NCBI RefSeq assembly: GCF_006345805.1
Contig: NW_021828751.1
Coordinates: forward strand, 1 to 7,781
Direction: 5' to 3'
Origin: Octopus sinensis
Lineage: Eukaryota
Length of the DNA stretch: 7,781 nt
A model generated the notes under the pieces. It was not told where the DNA came from, made no database searches, and saw only the letters and a program-made list of their open reading frames with translations. Shown here piece by piece: positions 1 to 7,252 of this stretch (position 1 is the first letter of the stretch; every line of letters begins with the position of its first letter). The position numbers and the translations under genes were made by a program.

Positions 1-45
1 TGGGGAGGAGGGAAAGAAGGGGAAAAGGAGGAGAAGGAGGAGGAT
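1..45. repeat. Purine-rich (GGA/GAA) low-complexity tract
   Basis: Positions 2-43 are entirely G/A (ggggaggagggaaagaaggggaaaaggaggagaaggaggagg). Probably continues beyond the window edge. Confidence 0.85.
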
Positions 46-174
46 ATAGTCATGCACTGCACTGAAAGTCAGAAATGCCAATTCTTAAAAATCGACATAC
101 AGAGCAGAAAAAGCGATGTTTTAATGTGCTTGGAACTCACAAGATTTCGAACGATCTAAAGAAGGGAGAACCAT

Positions 175-264
175 ATGTGTGTGTGTGCGTGCGTGCACGT
201 GCTTTCGCGTGTGCGTGTGCATCTTTTTCTCTCTTTCTCTCCGAACGCACGCGCGCACGCACAC
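175..264. repeat. Degenerate (TG)n/(CGTG)n and (GCAC)n microsatellites around a CT-rich spacer
   Basis: gtgtgtgtgcgtgcgtgcacgtgc ... ttttctctctttctctc ... gcacgcgcgcacgcacac. Confidence 0.75.
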
Positions 265-432
265 TATGAGTAAATGTCATTTTGTATTTCCTAGAGTCAG
301 TCCTGGCGTTGTGGCCAAAACTTGGGATTAACTGCATTCAAGTTCGTTGGATGGATTGATTCAAAAGGAAGTTAATTCTCTTCATTGAACGATTGGATCC
401 CCACCGTTGAACGACGGGTAACTAACAAGATA

Positions 433-494
433 ATATGTGTGTATGCATACACGCTCGCGTGTATATATGTATACATATATATATATATATATAT
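433..494. repeat. (TA)n/(TG)n microsatellite
   Basis: Alternating purine-pyrimidine tract ending in a pure (TA) run at about 475-494. Confidence 0.85.
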
Positions 495-499
495 CCCTA

Positions 500-550
500 A
501 AAATGTTTCAACCCGAAAGGCTGCGGCCATGCTGCAGCACTGCCGTTGAT
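500..550 (-). mobile_element. Short 3'-tail remnant of the SINE family also found at 5651-6386 and 7253-7538
   Basis: 521-544 ctgcggccatgctgcagcactgcc matches 7278-7301 ctgcggccatgttggggcactgcc at 21/24. It is preceded by tgtttca, as in tgtttcagtca at 5670-5680. Confidence 0.6.
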
Positions 551-625
551 TGTGCTACACTAGTATGTGAAACCCCCTCTGATACGTGGTTCGACAATTT
601 AGCGTCTATTGATCTTATTTATATT

Positions 626-631
626 TGTGTG

Positions 632-682
<51 letters not shown>

Positions 683-695
683 ATGTATGTATATG

Positions 696-744
<49 letters not shown>

Positions 745-818
745 ATGTATGTGTGTATATGTATATATAAACATATATATATACATATATATACATATAT
801 ATATTCATATGTATATAC

Positions 819-855
<37 letters not shown>
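626..855. repeat. Compound microsatellite (TA)n-(TG)n-(TATG)n, duplicated block followed by (TA)/(TG)
   Basis: Read directly from the sequence. It generates the spurious YI/CV/HT ORFs 437-856, 599-871 and 625-864. Confidence 0.95.
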
Positions 856-904
856 AACCACTAAACAACACATTTTTTCATTCTCTTTCTATTTCCTCTT
901 ATTC

Positions 905-940
905 CTTTCTGTCGAAGAGCGTAGGTTCGAAACGTAGAAG
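905..940 (+). ncRNA. Minimal type-I hammerhead-ribozyme-like motif (degenerate core)
   Basis: CTTT (stem I 5', 905-908) - CTGTCGA (909-915; canonical CUGANGA with A6 changed to U) - A - GAGC/GTAG/GTTC (stem II, 917-928) - GAAA (929-932) - C-GTA (palindromic ACGT helix III, cleavage triplet GUA 934-936) - GAAG (stem I 3', 937-940). This matches the CUGANGA-A-stem-GAAACGUH layout of minimal hammerheads in Penelope-like elements. Confidence 0.5.
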
Positions 941-1629
941 ACTTTTCCATTTTCCCTGAGCGTCAAACTAATATAATTGCTTGTTGTTCCTACACTTGTC
1001 TCCTTTTTCTATAAATTTGAACCACATATATATATATGCGCGCGCACGCGTGTGTGTGTATAGGCATTATACCTTTGTATTTTGTATGTGGCAGCTAGCT
1101 ATCTACCAGTGCACTCATAAAAGCTACTACGCTACTTGTTGCTGGCTACCATATATTATTCCCAACATGCCGGATTATTATGTATGTGATACTCTGTGTA
1201 GCATAGGATAAATATTAACTAGAAATACTCCACGGATGAAGATTTTATATTTTTATTATGTATGTATATATATTCGTATTTATGTATGTGTCGAACGATT
1301 AAACTGAAAGCTCAACACCGCATTGGTTGATATATATTCTTTATTTGTGGTTTCCTGTTAAGAAAATTAGAAAAATTTCCTTGTGCTTTAGCAATTTTTC
1401 AAGCCAATCACATGGAGAAAGGTGTTCGCCTCCATTTTGAAAAACACAGCCTAGTTTAGTTCGCAGAGATTCTCGTGAATTCACGCGAATAAAACTATGA
1501 ATCAATGAATCGAAGGTCGTTACTCTTGGGTGGTATCTTTTGGATGTTTGTCTCCCTTGGATCTTCTCTTGGGTAAGTTGGTGCGTGGTGAATTTGTTTG
1601 CAGTATGTTTTTTTTGTTCTGGGCATTAT

Positions 1630-2155
1630 ATTTTATTATATTTGTGTGCTGACGTAGTTCGTCATTGTGTGGAGCTTGTGTGCTGTGTGTTCAGATTTCA
1701 CGTTTAGGAAAGGAGCTATCCTAGTGGATTACCGTCACATATAGTGGATCTTCTTTGAAATATTTGAGTGTAAAATATTGCTTGTGTATGCAGGGATTTT
1801 TTGGTTTTAGCAATAATTCATTGGCGTTAGCAATAATTTTCCATTCATTCTGTAGGTTGCTTATTCTATATCATATTTGACAGGGATGTTGCATGTTATT
1901 TTTTTATTTTTGTCCCTGAATGTTGTACATACCTTTCTTTGAACGAGTTGTCTATCATTCCGATATACGTCTTTGCTATTCCATCGGAGTCCGTGATCTT
2001 GGTTTTGTATACGAGTTCTTTCTCGGGACAGTTAATGTTTAGTGGGTAGCAGTTTGGGTATCTACAGTTGCATTGTCTTTCGGGGGTGTTTCTGGTGTGT
2101 TTATATTTATTGTGATTGAGTATTATTGATCCTATATTGGGGAGGCAACTGTAGC
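1630..2155 (-). mobile_element. Decayed 3' fragment of a Penelope-like retroelement ORF (Cys-rich linker + GIY-YIG endonuclease; Naiad-like)
   Basis: Minus-strand translation YSCLPNIGSIILNHNK (from 2153), CNCRYPNCYPLNINC (from 2072), LVYKTKI...TYIGMIDNSFKERYVQH (YIG at 1967-1959). Across stops and frameshifts it continues FRDKNKK, HATSLSNMI*, EWKIIANA and SNISKK. This is the order seen in C-terminal PLE endonucleases (SYSC.PN..SII..HN / CNCR...CPL...C / VY / YIG / FK.R..H / T.LS..IW / W.I). No RT domain remains. The left boundary is approximate. Confidence 0.85.
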
Positions 2156-2331
2156 GGCCCCAATTACAACTAAGTTCTGGCAATCGACGGATTTAAGGAC
2201 CGCATCATCTACACCGGAACCTAGCACCCACAAAAGAAGGCGCCGCTGTAAAGTCCTCCGGTTTGCTTTACCCACTCACTCAACGTCAAAACTCTTCCCA
2301 CGCTGGGAAAGCGTGTTGTAGAAGTGTAAAT

Positions 2332-2445
2332 GATGCGTTTCTCAGGATGTATTCCCAGGAGTATAAAGGACGCGTTTCCCGGAAGGCATTCCCAGGAGTT
2401 TACAGGATGCGTTCCCAGGAGAATAAGGGATGCGGGTCCAGTAGG
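2332..2445. repeat. Imperfect tandem array (37-bp dimer built from GATGCGTTCCCAGGA-like subunits)
   Basis: 2332-2368 vs 2369-2405 are 29/37 identical. They are followed by gatgcgttcccaggag (2406) and gatgcggg (2429). ttcccagga occurs three times. Confidence 0.85.
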
Positions 2446-2479
2446 GAACAACCGTTAGTGATTGAGAATTTGAAGGAAG

Positions 2480-2510
2480 TATAAAAGAACTGGAAAAATT
2501 TCCGTCACTC
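2480..2510 (+). promoter_or_regulatory. Possible TATA box + initiator
   Basis: TATAAAA at 2480-2486 and Inr-like TCACTC at 2505-2510 (A is 27 nt from the TATA start), directly downstream of the tandem array. Motif evidence only. Confidence 0.25.
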
Positions 2511-2704
2511 TAATGATCGTGACGCTCTGAGTATTAGCAATATTTTTTGTGAGATAATGAGCCGGCGTATTGTAAAGCTGATTCCAGTATATTCAAAGTG
2601 TTGAATGATTGAGAGATATCTCACTTCTAGTCTGTTCTTACGGTAAACTTTAGTCCGGTGACGATTTGAATTCAACGTTGCAAAACTGACGAAACATTTG
2701 ACGG

Positions 2705-2850
2705 AAATAAAGAAAGAAAAAAAGGCCAAAGTGTTAAGAAGAAAATAAAGAAAAAAAGCAGGAGATAAAAATGAATGAGAGCGAGAGAACGTGTGTGTGA
2801 GAGAGAGAAAGGGATAAAATGAAAGAGAGAGAGAGAGAGCGAGGAAAGAA
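2705..2850. repeat. A/G-rich low-complexity tract with (GA)n
   Basis: aaagaaagaaaaaaagg ... gagagagagagagagagcgagg. Confidence 0.8.
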
Positions 2851-3054
2851 GGAATAAAAGATTTAGTCAGAACAAGAATATTATAGTGATTTATTATTAG
2901 CACCGTCGCGTCACCGATAACTAGGTTTGTGGATTCGTGGCTGCTAGCTTCCTAGGGAATCATGTCAGTTAATTCCTAATGATAAAGCCTTTTGTTTAAT
3001 TGTCTTTTAGTTTTGTTTTGTTTTTCTCTCATCTTGTTTTTGCCTTATGTACAG

Positions 3055-3105
3055 TTTTGGTGGTTTTTTTGTGTTTTTTTTTTCTCTATTTTTTTTCAGG
3101 TCAGT
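3055..3105 (+). other. Strong 3' splice acceptor with an immediately adjacent donor-like hexamer (Yn-CAG|GTCAGT)
   Basis: AG-free, T-rich zone 3055-3097, AG at 3098-3099, GTCAGT at 3100-3105. Confidence 0.35.
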
Positions 3106-3341
3106 AGGGGGCCTTGATTATATTTTTGTTATTTTCACGATTGTTACTAGTCTGTGTTTTTTTTTTGTTTTTTTTCATTTGTTGCAAGGTTGTGTTTTTT
3201 TATTATTATTTGTTTGAATTTGCGAAAGATAAAGATGACAGCGAGTGAGAGGAGAAATCTACAGTATATTTCCAGAGTAAGACAGTGATGAAAGAATAAG
3301 TCTGAAAACAAAAGAAAAGAAACAAATAAACACATAAATAA

Positions 3342-3381
3342 ATGATGATGATGATGATGATGATGAGAAGGAGGAGGAGGA
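3342..3381. repeat. (ATG)8 plus short (GGA)n trinucleotide repeats
   Basis: Perfect (ATG)8 at 3342-3365, then aggaggaggagga. Confidence 0.95.
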
Positions 3382-3498
3382 TCAACTGGGCGGGGAGAAA
3401 GCGATTGGTAATTTGAGATAAGAAAGATATGGAAGAAGAAAGAATGACATAGATGAAGCGTTCCTTCCTTTTACTTCTTCATCCTTATATTCCGGAGT

Positions 3499-3515
3499 TA
3501 TATATACATACATAT

Positions 3516-3600
<85 letters not shown>

Positions 3601-3866
3601 ACATATATATATGTATTGTATATATATATTATATGTATGTATATATATATTATATATATATGTATATAATATATATATATATATATATGTATAATATATT
3701 ATATATATATATATATGTATATATATATAATATTATATATATACTATACATTAACATATACATATATACATATATATTCATACATTCATACATGCATACA
3801 TATATGTATATATATGTATTATTCATAGGGAAAATAAAATATTATATGTGTATATAATATATATAG

Positions 3867-3930
<64 letters not shown>

Positions 3931-3939
3931 AGTGTGGTT

Positions 3940-3971
<32 letters not shown>

Positions 3972-4034
3972 AATATATATATATACACATACACACACAC
4001 ATACACACACGCGCGCGCGCACATATATATATAT
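3499..4034. repeat. Long interrupted (TA)n microsatellite field with (TG)/(CA)/(GC) segments
   Basis: Perfect (AT)32 at 3527-3590, degenerate TA repeats throughout, gcgcgcgcgc at 4011-4020. Confidence 0.95.
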
Positions 4035-4379
4035 TCCTTTTTTCCCCTACAAACTGGTTCTGCTTTTTTTTTTACTAGTTGTTTTTTTTCTATTGCTTGT
4101 CTCTTACCAATAAATACTGCCTTAACTATCGCCAGCATCACTACAGTTATTCTTTCATTACCGCCATAGTTGAACTAAATGATATTAGCTTTGGTTCATC
4201 TTTCTCCAGATCTCTACAGCGTTGATCAGTTAAAACGGGCAAATTATGGAGCGTTTATGGGCTCCGAAATTAGCCTGTTGATAGCAAACAACAACGGCGT
4301 TGATTCTCATCGCTGACACCAGTACATACCACACATTGTGAAAACCCTTTAAAGTTGGTTCGTGTCTGCACGGCCCCCT

Positions 4380-4740
<361 letters not shown>

Positions 4741-4896
4741 TGGGTATAGGGACGTCACCAACAGTAAACATCACGAAATACGAAAACAAATGAGTTGAAT
4801 ACGCAAATAACGAGAGAAAAAAAGGCAACATTCAAAGAAGGACGACGCTTTATCAGTGGTCGACTGTCTATCTACTCCCCATTTCGAGCAATCAAC

Positions 4897-4900
<4 letters not shown>

Positions 4901-4965
<65 letters not shown>

Positions 4966-5160
4966 CATACATGCAACATACATACATACATATTGTGTAA
5001 ATACGTAATGTATATATATTTTTTTAGTTATACGTATGCATATATGTATGTGTGTTTATGTATATGTGTATGTATGTGTGTGCATGTATATTTATATCCA
5101 TATTGCTATGTATGTATGTGTATGTTTCGCTGTGTGGGCCTGCGCTGCGTGTGTGTATGT
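4901..5160. repeat. (TA)n/(CATA)n/(TATG)n degenerate microsatellite field
   Basis: Read directly from the sequence. Confidence 0.9.
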
Positions 5161-5650
5161 TTGTGCGCAAATTGTGTAAAACATATCCAAAATATAGAAG
5201 ATATCCCAATCAGCGTGGGACGTGGGTGGGGAGGCAACAGACTACTAAATATATAGATAAACAAGCAAATAAGTAAACAACGTCATCTTAATGACTTGGT
5301 CGCGTGGGGTGCGGGAACAGAAAGCACGCCATTACATGAACTTTGGTAAATAATACACTGACATTAAAAAAAGAAAATAAATAACCAAACTGAAAAATTT
5401 AACCGTTAAAAGAAGTTTCTAACTAGTCACGGATATAATCCAATAAAAAAATACGTATTTATTGCTACGCGTGCGCACAAAGACAAACACGTGATGCCGA
5501 TATGTGACTATAATGTGTGAATGTATGTTTGAAATCAGGTTGTTTTTCGTTTTATGATTTAAAAGAGTTTCTCAACCCTTTTTTTCTTTTGCTTGACTAT
5601 GGAACCCTTTGATGTCTGTTTTATTCGGGTGGACCCTTCTAGCTATTCGA

Positions 5651-5870
5651 TCTCTTATCTTCTAACGTTTGTTTCAGTCATTTGAATACGGCCATGCTGA
5701 TGCCACCGCTTTGAGTTTCTTATCGAATGAATTGAACCCAGTACTTAATTTTTTCAAAGCCTCATACTTATTCTATCGGTCTCTTTTGCCGAACTGCTAA
5801 GTTACAGGTACGCAAAATACCAACACCGGTTGTCAAGCGGAGATGGGGTAGTGTACACAGACACAAAGAC
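5651..5870 (-). mobile_element. 3' half of a tRNA/CORE-type octopus SINE (outer element, interrupted)
   Basis: gtttcagtcatttgaatacggccatgctg ... tacttattctatcggtctcttttgccgaactgctaagttac ... ggttgtcaagcg ... acacagacacaaagac. It is collinear with the second copy at 7253-7408. Family recognised from octopus repeats; the exact name (OK/OR1/OR2 group) cannot be assigned here. Confidence 0.8.
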
Positions 5871-5880
5871 CAAATAATAT

Positions 5881-6195
5881 AGATACCACCGTGATCACCG
5901 TGACCTACCAGGCTATCAGATGTTGCTACACATCGCTGGTCACAATGCACTTCGCATTGTTTTATCCTTCAAATGACGCCACCCAGCTGGCTAAGTGAAC
6001 AGACCAACAGAAGAAAGAGTTAGAGAAAGTTGTGGCGAAAGAGTACAGTAGGGATCACCACCACCCCCTGCCGGAGCCTCGTGGATCTTTAGGTGTTTTC
6101 GCTCAATAAACACTCTCAACGCCCGGTCTGGGAATCGAAACCGCGATCCTACAACCGCGAGTCCGCTGCCCTAACCACCGGGCCATTGCGCCTCC
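5881..6195 (-). mobile_element. Full-length tRNA-derived SINE nested in the microsatellite linker of the outer SINE
   Basis: The minus strand starts GGAGGCGCAA-TGGCCCGGTGG (A box, 6185-6175) ... GGTTTCGATTCCC (B box, 6142-6130), with tRNA-like spacing (+11 and +54). Then a CORE-like gtgtttattgagcgaaaacacctaaa and a unique 3' body. Confidence 0.88.
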
Positions 6196-6224
6196 ATATA
6201 TACATATATATGCGCACACACACA

Positions 6225-6386
6225 TACGACGGGCTTCTTTCAATTTCTGTCTACCAAATCCACTCACAAGGCTTTCGTCGGCCTGAGAGTATTGTAGAAG
6301 ACACTTGCCTAAGGTGCCGCGTAGTGGAATTGAATCCGGAACAACGTGGTTGGGAAGCAAGCTTCTTTCTACACAGCCACATGCTT
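6225..6386 (-). mobile_element. 5' half (tRNA head + CORE-like domain) of the outer SINE
   Basis: Minus strand TGGCTGTGTAG (A-box-like, 6379-6369), GGATTCAATTCC (B-box-like, 6337-6326), gcaccttaggcaagtgtc (6317-6300; resembles the MIR/CORE gtgaccttgggcaagtcac), ending gaaagaagcccgtcgtatg before the microsatellite linker. Confidence 0.8.
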
Positions 6387-6636
6387 AAAAACCTATATTA
6401 TATTTTATATAATTAAATATTATCAGGAACTGTATGAAAAATTGCTAAACTATTTTATGCATAGTAGAAATAAACTAATTTATTGCTGATAAATTTTAAC
6501 ACCAAAATCTTGTATGGACCCCCAAGAGTCGTATGAAGCTAGGTTGAGAATCATTGGTTTAGATATAGAGGAGGAAGCGCAACACTTTTGTAGGACCAAC
6601 AAGACTGGTAACTTGAAGAGAGCGAGCAAGAAATAA

Positions 6637-6800
6637 CCCTTTCTAGTATAGGCACAATGATTGGATTTTTAGGGCAGGAGACAGTCGATCACATCGACCC
6701 CAGTACTCAACTGGTACTTGATTTATTGACCCCCGGAAGGATAAAAAGTAAAGTCGACCTCGGTGTAATTTGAACTCAGAACGTAACAGCAGACGAAATA
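6637..6800 (-). mobile_element. 5'-truncated tRNA-derived SINE monomer (downstream part of the chimeric insertion)
   Basis: B box (gtaatttgaactc, 6765-6777), the same central body as 6869-6984, but a different 3' tail (ttctagtataggcacaatgattggatttttagggcaggag). It lacks the A-box head. Confidence 0.88.
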
Positions 6801-7035
6801 TCTATTTCTCTAATATCCACAAGGGGCTAAACACAGAGGGGACAAACAAGGACAGAGAAACGGATTAAGTCGATTTCATCGACCCCAGTGCGTAACTGGT
6901 ACTTAATTTATCGACGCCTAAAGGACGAAAGGCAAAGTCGATCTCGGCGGAATTTGAACTCAGAACGTAGCGGCAGACGAAATACCGATAAGCATTTCGC
7001 CCGGGTTGCTAACGATTCTGCCATCTCGCCGCATT
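6801..7035 (-). mobile_element. Full-length tRNA-derived SINE monomer (upstream part of the chimeric insertion)
   Basis: Minus strand GGCGAGA-TGGCAGAATCGTTAG (A-box-like) ... GAGTTCAAATTCC (B box, 6961-6949), central gtcgactttgcctttcgtcc..tcgataaattaagtaccag domain, tail tccgtttctctgtccttgtttgtcccctctgtgtttagccccttgtgg. Confidence 0.9.
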
Positions 7036-7252
7036 GAGCGAGCAAGAAATAAAACCGATGGACTGCATGCTTTCAGAGCAGACTCCCAAACTAAGCTAAG
7101 CCTACCATGCGGACAGATATAGGTGTAAGATTTAGGTGCTAAATTATCAAAGTCGTATTATAGTACTTATAGTTCTTATGCGTATACATACGATGCGGTG
7201 CAGTTAGATCCAACAAGGGACCATGTGATTATATACATATAACACACACATA

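Larger units (their letters stand above)
6620..7052 (+). repeat. 17-bp perfect target-site duplication GAGCGAGCAAGAAATAA
   Basis: Identical at 6620-6636 and 7036-7052, immediately flanking the SINE dimer. Confidence 0.95.

Noticed and set aside
295-417. 123-nt exon-like segment (ttcctag| ... cgg|gtaact)
   Set aside because: Stops occur in all three plus frames and the donor is weak. It could only be a non-coding exon, which cannot be supported here.
1495-1520. ctatga-atcaatgaat-cgaaggtc resembling a hammerhead core
   Set aside because: G5 is missing, GAAG replaces GAAA, and neither stem I nor stem II pairs convincingly.
2332-2445. CRISPR-like reading of the repeat array
   Set aside because: Repeats are degenerate and contiguous without unique constant-length spacers. 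The context is eukaryotic and there are no cas genes.
2686-2707. Perfect CTGACGA followed by GAAA (hammerhead core strands)
   Set aside because: The intervening aacatttgacg cannot form stem II, and there is no helix III or UH cleavage triplet.
2221-2903. ORFs 2221-2451, 2263-2484 and 2505-2903
   Set aside because: They derive from the tandem array and GA-rich low-complexity sequence. No recognisable domain.
2900-2918. Minus-strand cggtgacgcgacggtg resembling a tRNA-Trp primer-binding site
   Set aside because: Several mismatches and an indel, and no adjacent LTR end or gag sequence.
4750-4895. Minus-strand gctcGAAA ... CTGATAAagcg, a possible permuted or decayed hammerhead in a probable short repeat
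   Set aside because: The core is mutated (G8 to A) and stems I and III cannot be built. It may be a PLE-related repeat remnant, but that is not supportable without a search.
6130-6195. tRNA gene
   Set aside because: A and B boxes are present, but there is no closed cloverleaf or acceptor stem. It continues into a SINE body.
6514-6636. 40-aa ORF MDPQESYEARLRIIGLDIEEE..., faintly like the CR1/L2 ORF2 C-terminal YEERL..LGL motif
   Set aside because: Similarity is limited to about 6 residues and the flanking CR1 motifs are absent. A tBLASTn search would be needed.
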